Shown here: in pieces, positions 9,334 to 19,821 of the stretch | Position numbering within the stretch: position 1 is the first letter of the stretch | Layout of the letters: every line of letters starts with the position of its first letter | Origin: Microgenomates group bacterium Gr01-1014_5 | GTDB taxonomy: Bacteria; Patescibacteriota; Microgenomatia; UBA8517; UBA10165 | Direction: 5' to 3' | Length of the DNA stretch: 64,000 bases | Assembly: GCA_007376395.1 (NCBI GenBank) | Contig: VMGE01000001.1 | Location: 89,635 to 153,634 of the forward strand | Translations under genes and position numbers: made by a program | Notes under the pieces: model-generated | Told to the model about the DNA's origin: nothing | What the model saw: only the letters and a program-made list of their open reading frames with translations | Database searches by the model: none

Positions 9334-12300
9334 TCAAGTCTCCATAAGGAGATTGATGCGGTTTTCCAGTTCACGATTCCAGGAAATAGTATAAGGAAGA
9401 CTGATTTTTTTCTCTCCAAAACCATTCTCTACCAAAATTATTATTTGCCTGTCTCCGCCTTTACTTGATTGCAATAGGTGATTAATTTCAACCAGCGACT
9501 TTGGGCTAGTCCCTTTTGGTATGCGTAAATAAACCGTGCCGTCTTCCGTCTCTCTGGGAGAAGGATGTGGTGAGTCTTTGTCAAAGTCTTCGTCGCTTTC
9601 CGTCTTTTCCACGATTATAGACAGCGAGTCTTCCCTCTCGTCAACCTTGCCTTCTACGACAATTGTTCTTCGTTCCATCCACTTGCTTTTTGAACCAGCG
9701 TAAATCGTGGGGAATACTACTAAATCTATTGCTCCTGTATCGTCTTCAAGATTAACAAAGGCCATTTCCCGACCACCATTTTTAGTAATCACACTACGTA
9801 CTGAGTTAATAATTCCACCGATTCTAACCGTTTTACCAACTCCATTTTCGCGAGTAATTTCATTTACTTTATGGGTAACACGATCTTTAATTTTCTCCAA
9901 CATAGAGCTTAATGGGTGGTCTGTCAGGTAAAACCCAAGAAGTTGTTTTTCTAAAGATAACTTTTCGTCTTCTGAAAAATCTGCAACTTCGGGAAAGTTG
10001 TCAACAGGGGCAATGGTCTGGATTTTTTCTTCACCGGCATCAAACAATCCCGATTGTCCGTCGTCCTTCCTTTTTTTCAACGAAACCTTGGTACGAATTT
10101 CGTCTAAAGCAGCCAACATTGCGGTTCGCTTACCAAATCGGTCCATTGCACCAGCCTTAATTAAACTCTCGATAACCTTTTTATTAACTTTTTGTCCGTC
10201 TGTTCTTTGACAAAAATCCGACAACGAAGCAAACACGCCAGTCTCTCGCGAGGACAATATCGCGTCAATGGCGGCCACGCCGACATTTTTAATAGCAGAA
10301 AGGCCAAACCTTATCGCCCTTCCGTCAAGAGAGTTTTCGTCTGCAACGACTTTGAAAATCTCATCACTATCATTAACGTCCGGAGTTAAAATATTGATCT
10401 TAATATGGCGGCATTCGGTTATTGCTTGAGAAATTTTTTCAGTATCCCCAGATTCAGCCGTCATCAGGGCACACATATATTCAACAGGAAAATTAGCCTT
10501 CATGTAAGCAGTCTGGTAGGAAACCATTCCGTACGAAGCCGCGTGTGCTTTATTAAAACCGTATGCTTGGAATGGTTCAAAAAGTAGCCAAAGATTTTCC
10601 GCAAATTCTTGCGTTTGTCCATTATTTACAATTCCCTCCGTAAACTTGGCTTTTTGTGCCGCCATTTCCGCTGGAATTTTTTTACCGACTGCTTTTCTGA
10701 ATTTATCTGCTTCTTCCCAGTTGTATCCGGCAAGTTCCAAGGCGCAAAAAAGCAGATCGTCTTGGTAAACAATTAAACCATAGGACGCCTTTAAAAATTT
10801 CTCCATTCTTGGGTCGAGATATTTAACAAGTTCCGGGTTTTGTTTACGGGCAATATATTCAGGAATCACCGACATTGGACCTGGCCTGAAAAGAGCCACC
10901 ATTGCCATTAAATCTTCAACACTAGACGGTTTTAAGTCTTTAAGATAGCGTGTCATTCCTGATCCGCCTAACTGAAAAACTCCCATTGTGTCTCCTCGCC
11001 CTAACATTTCAAAAGTTTTTTTGTCGTTAAGGGGGATATTGCGGATGTCGACCTCTACTTTGCGTGTTTCCTTCACAATCTGAATTGAGGCTCCTAGAAT
11101 GGTTAAATTGCGGATACCTAAAATATCAAACTTAATAAGGCCAACATCTTCGCAAGCGTGAAATTCGTATTGGGTAATCACTTTCGATCCACCTGTTTCG
11201 AGTTGAAGCGGTGTAAAGTCTGTAAGTTCAGATTGGGCCACAACAACACCTGCGGCGTGTACAGAAACATGTCTTGCACTACCTTCTACTTGATGTGCCA
11301 AATCCAAGATTTTTTTACTATCTGCATCATTATCATACATTTGCTTTAACTCGGGTGATTCTTTAAGAGCCTTGGGGATATCGGTCGGAAAACCTTGTTT
11401 TGGAGGCGGGGTGACTTTGGAAAGCCTGTCGCCAACAGCGTAGGGGTAACCCAAAACGCGTGCAACATCACGGATCGCGGCTCGAGCCAACATTCTTCCG
11501 AAAGTGCAAATTTGCGCAACACGCGTTTGGCCATATTTATCAACAATATAATTAATTACGTCTTCTCTTCTGTCGTCTGCCACATCAAAATCAATATCCG
11601 GAGGACTAGGACGGGAAGGGTTTAAAAACCTTTCGAAAGGAAGGTAGTAAGTCAAGGGATTGACAGTAGTAATTCCCAAGACAAATGACACCAGGGAGCC
11701 TGCGGCAGAGCCTCTAGTGTTTGTGATAATTCCGTGTGTCGCGGCCCATTGGACAAAATCTTGGGCGATGAGGAAATATGGCGCATATCCCTTGGAGATG
11801 ATGATATTAAGTTCATGTTCCATCCTCTCTTTTACTTCTTCTGTTTGTTCTTTAATTTTTTCGGGAAGACGGGTTTTAACTAATTTCCGCAAAACATCGT
11901 CCACAGTCTTTCCCTTGGGAACTTTATATTCAGGAAAAAACCATTTACCCAAGGTACTGATTTCTAGATTACAATCTTCTGCTAAACGTACTGTGTTTTT
12001 AATTGCTTCGGGGATATCGGCAAACAATTCTTCCATTTCCTCTGGCGTTTTAACATAAAAATTTGGATTGTCTACAAAGCGGATTCTTTTTATGTCTGTA
12101 ACATTTTTTCCTGTTGCCACACAAACCAAAACATCTTGAGCCTCAGAATCTTTTTGTTCAATATAATGCGAATCGTTAGTAGCAATTATGGGTATTCCTA
12201 ACTCTCGTGAGATTTTATAAACACCTTCATTAATTACTTTCTCGGTTCGAGCCATTCTTTCCAAATCAGCTTTAATGTCAGAGTTGTCTGCGTTGGCTAC

Positions 12301-12855
12301 CTGTTCCTCAAACTTATGCCTTTGTATTTCAAGGTAATAGTCTTTACCAAAAACTTCCTGGAACCAGGCTGCAACTTTTACCGCATCTTTATAATTGTCA
12401 GAACTTAATGCCTGTCCCACTTCACCCAAAGGACACGCTGAAGTACAAATTATGCCTTTTGCATATTTCTTTAAAAGCTCCCTATTAAACCTTGGCCGGT
12501 AATAATAACCTTCAAGATGGGCAATTGACGTAAGTTTCATTAAATTGCGGTAGCCTTCTTCATCTTTGGCAAGAAGCAGTAAGTGGTTTGCGTCTGCCCC
12601 CCTACTTCCGTCTTCATTTTTTATTTTGTGGTCTTTATTGGTAGTGTAGGCCTCGAAGCCGATAATTGGTTTGACTCCTTGACGTTGAGCCTCTTTGTAG
12701 AATTCTATAGCTCCGTACATCACTCCGTGGTCGGTGATGGCGCAAGCATCCATACCCATTTCTTTTACTTTAGCTAAAAGTTTAGAGCTTTTAGGAAGTC
12801 CGTCAAGAAGTGAGTATTCTGTGTGAACGTGAAGGTGGACAAACTTAGCCGCCAT
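9334..12855 (-). CDS. dnaE: DNA polymerase III alpha subunit
   Basis: FVHLHVHTEYSLLDG, RGSAAGS, PDIDFD, KFDILG, YGFNKAH. Confidence 0.99.
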   Translation of the reverse strand: MAAKFVHLHVHTEYSLLDGLPKSSKLLAKVKEMGMDACAITDHGVMYGAIEFYKEAQRQGVKPIIGFEAYTTNKDHKIKNEDGSRGADANHLLLLAKDEEGYRNLMKLTSIAHLEGYYYRPRFNRELLKKYAKGIICTSACPLGEVGQALSSDNYKDAVKVAAWFQEVFGKDYYLEIQRHKFEEQVANADNSDIKADLERMARTEKVINEGVYKISRELGIPIIATNDSHYIEQKDSEAQDVLVCVATGKNVTDIKRIRFVDNPNFYVKTPEEMEELFADIPEAIKNTVRLAEDCNLEISTLGKWFFPEYKVPKGKTVDDVLRKLVKTRLPEKIKEQTEEVKERMEHELNIIISKGYAPYFLIAQDFVQWAATHGIITNTRGSAAGSLVSFVLGITTVNPLTYYLPFERFLNPSRPSPPDIDFDVADDRREDVINYIVDKYGQTRVAQICTFGRMLARAAIRDVARVLGYPYAVGDRLSKVTPPPKQGFPTDIPKALKESPELKQMYDNDADSKKILDLAHQVEGSARHVSVHAAGVVVAQSELTDFTPLQLETGGSKVITQYEFHACEDVGLIKFDILGIRNLTILGASIQIVKETRKVEVDIRNIPLNDKKTFEMLGRGDTMGVFQLGGSGMTRYLKDLKPSSVEDLMAMVALFRPGPMSVIPEYIARKQNPELVKYLDPRMEKFLKASYGLIVYQDDLLFCALELAGYNWEEADKFRKAVGKKIPAEMAAQKAKFTEGIVNNGQTQEFAENLWLLFEPFQAYGFNKAHAASYGMVSYQTAYMKANFPVEYMCALMTAESGDTEKISQAITECRHIKINILTPDVNDSDEIFKVVADENSLDGRAIRFGLSAIKNVGVAAIDAILSSRETGVFASLSDFCQRTDGQKVNKKVIESLIKAGAMDRFGKRTAMLAALDEIRTKVSLKKRKDDGQSGLFDAGEEKIQTIAPVDNFPEVADFSEDEKLSLEKQLLGFYLTDHPLSSMLEKIKDRVTHKVNEITRENGVGKTVRIGGIINSVRSVITKNGGREMAFVNLEDDTGAIDLVVFPTIYAGSKSKWMERRTIVVEGKVDEREDSLSIIVEKTESDEDFDKDSPHPSPRETEDGTVYLRIPKGTSPKSLVEINHLLQSSKGGDRQIIILVENGFGEKKISLPYTISWNRELENRINLLMET

Positions 12856-12915
12856 GCCTTATATTTTACTCTTTTCACGAGTACCCGTAAAGGAGACTTA
12901 AACAAGCAAAGAAGG

Positions 12916-13353
12916 TCAAGTTGCTACTTTTACCTGTCTAATATCGGCAATTGTGAGCCAGGCAGACTTTGCGCCGAATCCCTTTTTATTTATTTGAAAT
13001 GGCTCAATTTTCTGAACATCTTTAAGAAATATTAATAGGCAATATCTTTTGACCCTAAATAACTTAAAATAATAGGGGATACTAGAATTTTCAATTCCAT
13101 CATTACTTCCGAATTCTTCTAGTATTTCTAAAACAATTTCTGGTGTTAAATTTTCAAAAGATAATACTTTATCCACTGTTGCTTTTATCGTAATACCCTC
13201 TCCAGAATTTTTAAAATATATTGTGTCCCTTTTTTGAATTTTCCCCCAAGGAGCATACTTGTTTTTGTACCACCTAGATTCAACGGTTTTTGTACCTTCT
13301 AAAATTTTAGGAAGAAGTCCCCAAGACTTTCGCATTATTGCGATGTGGTCCAT
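12916..13353 (-). CDS. ASCH/PUA-like domain protein
   Basis: ILEGTKTVESR...DTIYFK resembles the ASCH GxKxxExR signature. Confidence 0.7.
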   Translation of the reverse strand: MDHIAIMRKSWGLLPKILEGTKTVESRWYKNKYAPWGKIQKRDTIYFKNSGEGITIKATVDKVLSFENLTPEIVLEILEEFGSNDGIENSSIPYYFKLFRVKRYCLLIFLKDVQKIEPFQINKKGFGAKSAWLTIADIRQVKVAT

Positions 13354-13359
13354 TGATAT

Positions 13360-13860
13360 TTACGGAGTATATTCCAGTCTCTCGTGACCCCAAAGAGCTT
13401 CGTGGGTGACAAAAATTTTACCTGTTTCAAGTTTATACAACTTGTAGCGTTTTACCTCTGTAGCAAGTTCTTCTAAAGTTTTATTTTTAAATTCTTTGTG
13501 TCTTTCGTGATATTTTTCTTCAATTTGAACCGAAATCTCCTGGTCTTCGCACATGTGAGCCTCTCCTGTTATTTGGAGTTGCCTTGCCTTCCCGCTTTCT
13601 TGGACAGCCGTAATGTTTGCCGCAACTTTAGGGTTATCAGCAATTTCTTCTGAATGTCTGGTCGTCTCTCGGGTTAACCAATAAAGATTAAAATCCTGGT
13701 CATAAACATAAATCATGGCCGCTACCCAAGGCTGATTATCCCTTGTGGTTGCGATATTGACCACTATTCCATCGCGTAAAGTATCAAGGATGACCTCTTT
13801 TAATTCAGCCGTGGTAATTTCATTACCGCTTGTTGTTTGTAAATCTTTTGTGTCAGTCAT
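13360..13860 (-). CDS. Pyridoxamine 5'-phosphate oxidase-like flavin-binding protein
   Basis: IATT..NQPW, TRHS.EI..NPKVA, LQITGEA. Confidence 0.85.
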   Translation of the reverse strand: MTDTKDLQTTSGNEITTAELKEVILDTLRDGIVVNIATTRDNQPWVAAMIYVYDQDFNLYWLTRETTRHSEEIADNPKVAANITAVQESGKARQLQITGEAHMCEDQEISVQIEEKYHERHKEFKNKTLEELATEVKRYKLYKLETGKIFVTHEALWGHERLEYTP

Positions 13861-15157
13861 TTAATTTTTCTAAGAGTATTTTTAATACTTTGTCTATCAC
13901 TGCCTTGCCTTTTGTTTCGCGCATAATTTCCCCTACCAAAAACTGTATAACAGATTCTTTACCGTTTTTATAGTCCCCAACCGCTTTTTCATTATGCTTG
14001 ATTACAGACAAAACTGCTATCTCTAAATCTCCCATGCTCGTCTCTTGTTTTCCTGTAACTTCCCTTAATTTTCCGGTAAACTCCCCAGGACTTAATTCCG
14101 TAGACTGCCGTTTATTAACAATTGCATTCGCAATTGCCTTGGGATCCAACCCTTCACCTTCTTTTACCGCTTCCTCAAAATATCCCGCCATTCCTTGTTT
14201 AACAAGAGTTTTGGCGGTTTCAGAAGTTAAACCATACTCTGTCTCAAGCCTCTTACTTTTACTACTAAACAACTCAGGAGTTTTTGCCTTTATCCTCTCG
14301 ATATCGCTATCATTAAATGATATCGCCGGGATGTCCGGTTCTGGAAAATAACGGTAATCGTGCGCGTCTTCTTTAGACCGCTGTAAATAAGATTCTTTCT
14401 TTTCTTCACTCCAGCCTCGTGTTTCCTTGTACAAGGGGACGCCTTGTTCAAGCAATTTGCGTTGTCTCTCTATCTCGTATTCAAGAGCATGCTGCATGAA
14501 GCGGAAACTGTTTATGTTTTTTAACTCTATTCGGTAGTCTGGCAAATTATCCTTTTGGATTTCGCGCAGCGAGACGTTTGCTTCCAAACGCAAATCTCCC
14601 CTTTCCATATCGGCGTTTGAAGCACCAAGATCGCGCACTATTTGCTGAAATGTTTTTGCAAATTCTACAACTTCGTCAACATTTTTAAAATCTGGTTCAG
14701 TAACCATTTCAACTAAAGGAACGCCTGAGCGGTTAAAATCAATTAAAGTTTTTGATTTTTTATGAAACAACTTACCTGTATCTTCCTCAATATGCACCCT
14801 GTTTATTCGAATTAGCTTTCCACCTCCGAGGTGTAAGGCTAAACTTCCACCGATACATAGCGGTTTTCTATATTGAGAGATCTGATATCCTTTGGGAAGA
14901 TCGGGGTAAAAATAGTTTTTTCGTTCAAAATAAGAATCTTTTGAAATTTTGCAGTTTAGGGCTAGTCCTATCATCAGGCATTTTTCTAACGCTTCTTTAT
15001 TGGCAAACGGTAGTGCTCCGGGTAACCCTAAACAAACAGGACAGGTGTGAGTATTCGGCTCTTTGCCAAAATAGTCTGCAGAGCAAGAACAAAACATCTT
15101 TGTTTTGGTATTTAACTCGACGTGTATTTCTAATCCGATAACCGGGGTGTATTGCAT
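13853..15157 (-). CDS. gatB: Asp/Glu-tRNA amidotransferase subunit B
   Basis: IGLEIHVEL, RKNYFYPDLPKGYQISQ, DYRYFPEPD. Confidence 0.99.
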   Translation of the reverse strand: MQYTPVIGLEIHVELNTKTKMFCSCSADYFGKEPNTHTCPVCLGLPGALPFANKEALEKCLMIGLALNCKISKDSYFERKNYFYPDLPKGYQISQYRKPLCIGGSLALHLGGGKLIRINRVHIEEDTGKLFHKKSKTLIDFNRSGVPLVEMVTEPDFKNVDEVVEFAKTFQQIVRDLGASNADMERGDLRLEANVSLREIQKDNLPDYRIELKNINSFRFMQHALEYEIERQRKLLEQGVPLYKETRGWSEEKKESYLQRSKEDAHDYRYFPEPDIPAISFNDSDIERIKAKTPELFSSKSKRLETEYGLTSETAKTLVKQGMAGYFEEAVKEGEGLDPKAIANAIVNKRQSTELSPGEFTGKLREVTGKQETSMGDLEIAVLSVIKHNEKAVGDYKNGKESVIQFLVGEIMRETKGKAVIDKVLKILLEKLND

Positions 15158-15481
15158 TTATCCGTTGTCCTCCTCGAATTCTCTTTTCAAAGTTGGTCCA
15201 ATTTGGTTGTGTTTATCAGGATCTTTTATATAATTTTCAAACATATTTGCTAAATTTTGGAAACGTATAAGTTTTGCCTGGTTGGTAGGATCAAGAGTCA
15301 CCTGGTGTGTAATCGGTTTTCCGCCTTTGCCTAATTTCCACCATTTTCCTGGGTATTCATAAATAACGACTGGGCCATCGGTTGGACTCTCTGCGGCTTT
15401 ATTTATTCTTTGGACAACGTCTAAAGCCTTCTTCACATCTAGTGAAAAAGGCTTCTCGTCTATTTCATTACCCCACTTCAT
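15158..15481 (-). CDS. Hypothetical protein between gatA and gatB
   Basis: 107-aa ORF overlapping the gatA stop by 4 nt and abutting the gatB start. Confidence 0.65.
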   Translation of the reverse strand: MKWGNEIDEKPFSLDVKKALDVVQRINKAAESPTDGPVVIYEYPGKWWKLGKGGKPITHQVTLDPTNQAKLIRFQNLANMFENYIKDPDKHNQIGPTLKREFEEDNG

Positions 15482-16857
15482 AATCGGGCTTGCCCTTCCG
15501 TAGCTTCAGCGAAGGAGGGCTTCTCCTTTCTCCAATTTGTTGCCTTCTCGTACACCTCTCCAACATTAAGAATTGTTTCTTCGTCCATGTATTTTCCTAA
15601 AATTTGTAATCCAACCGGTAATCCCTCAGCAAATCCGCAAGGAACCGATAAGCCCGGAATACCGGCAAGGGAAGCAGGAACTGTATAAGCATCTGAAAGG
15701 TACATCGACAGAGGATCGTCTACTTTCTCGCCGATATTCCAGGCAGTAGTCGGAGAAGTTGGACCAACAATCACATCGCACTTCTCAAACGCTTTATCAA
15801 AATCTTGTTTTATAAGGGAACGTACTTTGGCCGCTTTTTGAAAGTAATCGTCATAATACCCTGAAGACAAAGAATAAGTCCCCAGCATTATTCTTCTTTT
15901 AACCTCTGGACCAAACAGATTTCTATCGTGTCCATATCTTATTCCATCAAATCTGGCCAAGTTGGAAGAAGCCTCTGAGGACATAATAATGTAGTAAGTC
16001 GCAATCCCGTATTCTGTGTGCGGAAGTTCTACTTCTACCGTCTTAGCTCCTAATTCTTCCAGTTGCTTTATTGCACCTTTAACTACTTTTTCTATTCCAA
16101 TATCTAATCCTTTTCCAAAATATTCTCTCGGAACCCCCACTTTTAAGCCATGTAAGTTTTTTAGCTTCGTAAGGAGAGACCTTGCGAAGCTATTTTTCGT
16201 GCAATTTGCGTCTTTACCATCAGAACCGGAAATCCATTCTAGAACTCTTCTTGCATCTCCTACCGTCTTTGTAATTGGTCCCGGGCAGTCAAGAGATGAA
16301 GCCATAGGAATAACTCCATAACGGGAAACACGGCCATATGAAGGTTTTAGACCAACAACCCCACATAACGCTGCAGGTTGCCTTATCGAGCCTCCTGTGT
16401 CAGTACCTAAAGCAAGGACGCACATATCAGCGGCAACTGCGGCGGCAGACCCCGATGATGATCCACCCGGAACTTTATCAAGGTTCCACGGATTATGTGT
16501 CGGTCCATATCCTGAGTTTTCTCCCGATGAACCCATGGCAAATTCGTCACAATTTGCTTTACCTAAAACCGAAACACCTTGTTCCTCAAGCTTCTCAACA
16601 ACTGTAGCGTTAAATACTGGCTTGTATCCTTCCAATATTTTTGATCCTGCTGTTGTTTCAATGCCTTTTGTCGAAAAAACATCTTTGAAAATTGCCGGTA
16701 TTCCATGACCTTTCTGGTTTCTTGCTAAAACAGCATTAAGTTTAGGATTTAAATCAGAAAGCCTAGCAGTATATGCAATATTTAGCTCTTCATTCGAAAA
16801 CCTACCCGATTTTAAGACTTCTATGGTTTCAATTAGTGATAATTCTGTTATATTCAT
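15478..16857 (-). CDS. gatA: Asp/Glu-tRNA amidotransferase subunit A
   Basis: DEFAMGSS, PGGSSSGSAAAVA, GTDTGGSIRQPA amidase signature. Confidence 0.99.
   Translation of the reverse strand: MNITELSLIETIEVLKSGRFSNEELNIAYTARLSDLNPKLNAVLARNQKGHGIPAIFKDVFSTKGIETTAGSKILEGYKPVFNATVVEKLEEQGVSVLGKANCDEFAMGSSGENSGYGPTHNPWNLDKVPGGSSSGSAAAVAADMCVLALGTDTGGSIRQPAALCGVVGLKPSYGRVSRYGVIPMASSLDCPGPITKTVGDARRVLEWISGSDGKDANCTKNSFARSLLTKLKNLHGLKVGVPREYFGKGLDIGIEKVVKGAIKQLEELGAKTVEVELPHTEYGIATYYIIMSSEASSNLARFDGIRYGHDRNLFGPEVKRRIMLGTYSLSSGYYDDYFQKAAKVRSLIKQDFDKAFEKCDVIVGPTSPTTAWNIGEKVDDPLSMYLSDAYTVPASLAGIPGLSVPCGFAEGLPVGLQILGKYMDEETILNVGEVYEKATNWRKEKPSFAEATEGQARL
15492..15520. repeat. REP-like imperfect palindrome forming the GatA C-terminal tail
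   Basis: Minus strand GCCCTCCTTCGCTGAAGCTACGGAAGGGC encodes PSFAEATEG. Confidence 0.65.
16162..16192. repeat. REP-like 13-bp-stem palindrome inside gatA
   Basis: TAGCTTCGTAAGG-AGAGA-CCTTGCGAAGCTA, with one G.T pair. Confidence 0.65.
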
Positions 16858-17153
16858 TGCTCTTCTCCGAACACTCCTTTAGTAACAATAAATCCATCTG
16901 TATTCTTGGGTGAATTACTTAAAGCGTCTTCTTGAGACAATGAAGGTTTTACAGAATCTTCTCTCAGTGAGTTTCTGCTCTCTGTAGGATTATAAGTAGG
17001 TTCAACATTCTTTGTGTCTGCTCTATCTAAAAGTTCAACGTAATCCAAAACCTTAGAAAGCTGATCTGTGTAAATCCGCTCCTCGTCAGCGGAAAGCGGC
17101 AAGTTCCCAAGTTTCGCCACCTTTTTAACGTCAATTCCAGAAGTTTTTACCAC
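16854..17153 (-). CDS. gatC: Asp/Glu-tRNA amidotransferase subunit C
   Basis: VKKVAKL, NVEPT, LRED, ALSNSP; upstream of gatA. Confidence 0.95.
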   Translation of the reverse strand: MVKTSGIDVKKVAKLGNLPLSADEERIYTDQLSKVLDYVELLDRADTKNVEPTYNPTESRNSLREDSVKPSLSQEDALSNSPKNTDGFIVTKGVFGEEQ

Positions 17154-17156
17154 AGC

Positions 17157-17957
17157 TTAGTGTAGCATAATTCCAGCCACGAAGCGGCCTGTTAAGCCGT
17201 CTTTGCGCTCTGAGAAAAATCTATCAGTGTTGGTATAAGTATCAATTCCTGCTATTTCTATATTATGGTCTTGCACACCTGCTGTTAATAATAAAAACTT
17301 GTTTGCTTCCCAAAGGTTTAACATTCCGTGAGTTTTGTCTTTCATTTGGATGAAGTTATTTCCCGGAAAAGCTGTTGCAAAAGCCTCAATAACCGGCGTG
17401 TCAACTTCGTAACTCTCCGGACCAATTGAGGGCCCAATACCTACAACCAAATCTAGAGGATTTGTACCAAACTCTTTTTTCATAAGTTCAACCGTATTAG
17501 TAAGAATTTTTACAACAGTACCTTTCCTCCCCGAATGAACAGCTCCGACTGCGTTTTTTACAGGATCATACAAAAGAATCGGTACACAATCTGCCGCAAG
17601 TACGGACAAACAAAGGTTAGCTTCATTTGTAATCATTGCGTCTGCGTCGAGAATCGCAGTACTTCTCTCGTAAACTCCGGCTCCTCTTTGCTGTCCGGTA
17701 ACAACTACTACATTTCCGCTGTGTATCTGCCGGCAAAAGACAAAATTATCAATTGGAACGTTCACGGCATGCGCCAAACGTTTGTGGTTTTCTAAAACAG
17801 CTGTAAAATCTTCTTCTTTGAAAGAGATATTTAGCGTGTCAAACGGAGGTTTACTCACTCCCCCTTTTCTCGTAGAAATAAATTGGGTAATTTGCGAATA
17901 ACCGGACAAGTTTTCAAACCTCAGTATTTCAATATCGTCTAAATTTTCAATAAGCAT
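17157..17957 (-). CDS. pgeF: PgeF/YfiH family (peptidoglycan editing factor / purine nucleoside phosphorylase)
   Basis: STRKGGVS, QIHS, ADCVPILL, HSG, GPSIG, FFSER. Confidence 0.92.
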   Translation of the reverse strand: MLIENLDDIEILRFENLSGYSQITQFISTRKGGVSKPPFDTLNISFKEEDFTAVLENHKRLAHAVNVPIDNFVFCRQIHSGNVVVVTGQQRGAGVYERSTAILDADAMITNEANLCLSVLAADCVPILLYDPVKNAVGAVHSGRKGTVVKILTNTVELMKKEFGTNPLDLVVGIGPSIGPESYEVDTPVIEAFATAFPGNNFIQMKDKTHGMLNLWEANKFLLLTAGVQDHNIEIAGIDTYTNTDRFFSERKDGLTGRFVAGIMLH

Positions 17958-17974
17958 TTTAACTTTCTACCATA

Positions 17975-19747
17975 CTACGTAGAATGGAGAATTTTCTCAA
18001 ATTCTTGCAAAGATAGTGTATTAACAACATCTTTCTTTTCTGCCCAACCTCGTCTGGCAACAGAAATTCCATAACGCATACCCGAGAGCCAGCTAATTTC
18101 ATGACTGTCCGTGTCGACAATTAATTTAACCCCCAATTTTACCGCTTGCCTTGCTAAAGTATCGGGCAAATCCAATCTATCAGGAGAAGAGTTGATCTCA
18201 ATCCATTTATTGTGTTTTAGGGCGTAATCAAAAATTTTGTCCCAGTCTAATTCCACGCCCTCTCTATTATTTAGTTTTCTGCCTGTAGGATGACCGAAAA
18301 TTCTCACTTTTGGATGCGCCAATCCTTCCAGCACCCGCTTTGTTTGGTCTGCTTTTGTACCGCGAAAACTTGAATGCAATGAAACTATTGCATAGTCGAG
18401 AGTTGTAAAAGCATTTTCCGGCAAGGCTAATTTTCCGGAAGGGGTAATGTCTATTTCTAGACCGTTAAATATGCATAATTTTAAATTTTCAATTTTTAAT
18501 TTTAAATTCAATTTTTCCGCAAGTTCTTGTTTTTGTTTCAGAACGTCTAACACTTTAGCTTCTGATGTTGATGATTTTAGATTGTGCTCAGTGAATCCAA
18601 TATATTCATAATTTAGCCCAACTGCCATATTTGCGTAGTCTTCCATTTGATTAGTGCCTGCATCGTGTGATGTCTCTTGCGGAAAATTGCTGTGCATATG
18701 CAAATCCCCCTTTATATCTTCAAGTTCGACCAATTTTGGCAATTGATGAAGAAGAGCTAGTTCTATTTCACCATCATTTTCCCTAAGTTCAGGCGGTATC
18801 CAATCCATGCCGAGTCTTTTATAAAACGCTTCTTCGTTCTCAAAATATTCAATCCTGCCGCCTGACTTGATTCCTCGTTCAGAAAGCGAAAGTTTTTTCT
18901 TTAAGGCATAGGTTCTGAGAGCTATGTTGTGGTGTTTAGATCCGGTAAAGTGCTGTAATAAAGCGCCAAAATATTGCGCCGGCTGTACCATTAGGTCTAC
19001 TTGAACTCCACCCGGCAATAATAGAGATGACGTAGAATCCCCTTTTTCAATCAGTTTATTTTTTTTAGGATAAGCGGCAAAATGCTCGATAACTTCTTTG
19101 GGTTTGTTTGTTGCTACCGCAATATCAATATCTCCAACCGTCGCAGTTCTTCTTCTTAAAGATCCTAGGGTTTCTATCTTTTCAACACCGGGATGTTTTT
19201 GCATATATTCAACAACTTCTTCTGCGACAATAGTTGCAAAAGGCAGTAACAAACGTTTTGATCTTTCTTTTACAGTTTTTACAGACAGTAAAATTTCTTT
19301 CTCTAGCTGTTCTCCAAAACCTTCAAGATTTCTGATATGTCCGTGTTCTGCCGCGTGAATTAACTTTTCTAAAGCTCCGTGAGCGCGGGTTATACCAAGT
19401 TCGCGTGATAAACGAAGCGCTCTTTTGGCTCCGATTCCGGGAACATCCATCAGCTCAAACATGGCAGGCGGAAGGTCGTGCATTATTTCCTCGAAGTGCT
19501 TTATTTTTCCTGTTTTGAATAGTTCGTCTAAGTAGTCCGCTATAGTATTACCCACTCCCGGGATTTCCCTTAATTTATCATCATCCCAAAGATCTTTCAC
19601 CTCGCTTGTTAAGTGTTCAATTGCGTCAGCAGCGTTTTGATAGGCGACTATTCTAAAGTGAGAGGTAGGTTCAGAGCTTGTCGCAGGATTAACCTGATAG
19701 GCCGCGGCAACCGACCTTAACAACTTGGCAATTTCTAGGTTATTCAT
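17975..19747 (-). CDS. polX: DNA polymerase X fused to a PHP domain
   Basis: GSLRR, GDID, FTGSK.HN; PHP motifs DLHMHS, HPTGR, TDSH. Confidence 0.95.
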   Translation of the reverse strand: MNNLEIAKLLRSVAAAYQVNPATSSEPTSHFRIVAYQNAADAIEHLTSEVKDLWDDDKLREIPGVGNTIADYLDELFKTGKIKHFEEIMHDLPPAMFELMDVPGIGAKRALRLSRELGITRAHGALEKLIHAAEHGHIRNLEGFGEQLEKEILLSVKTVKERSKRLLLPFATIVAEEVVEYMQKHPGVEKIETLGSLRRRTATVGDIDIAVATNKPKEVIEHFAAYPKKNKLIEKGDSTSSLLLPGGVQVDLMVQPAQYFGALLQHFTGSKHHNIALRTYALKKKLSLSERGIKSGGRIEYFENEEAFYKRLGMDWIPPELRENDGEIELALLHQLPKLVELEDIKGDLHMHSNFPQETSHDAGTNQMEDYANMAVGLNYEYIGFTEHNLKSSTSEAKVLDVLKQKQELAEKLNLKLKIENLKLCIFNGLEIDITPSGKLALPENAFTTLDYAIVSLHSSFRGTKADQTKRVLEGLAHPKVRIFGHPTGRKLNNREGVELDWDKIFDYALKHNKWIEINSSPDRLDLPDTLARQAVKLGVKLIVDTDSHEISWLSGMRYGISVARRGWAEKKDVVNTLSLQEFEKILHST

Positions 19748-19821
19748 GTCTTTACGTATTTGTATAATTTGATATAAATATACATCTTGCCTTCTCCAAA
19801 AACTAGGATTATTATCAAACT

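Noticed and set aside
9551-9574. Possible repeat-derived PHPSPRE peptide in the DnaE C-terminal linker
   Set aside because: It is too short and degenerate, and no second copy is present in the window.
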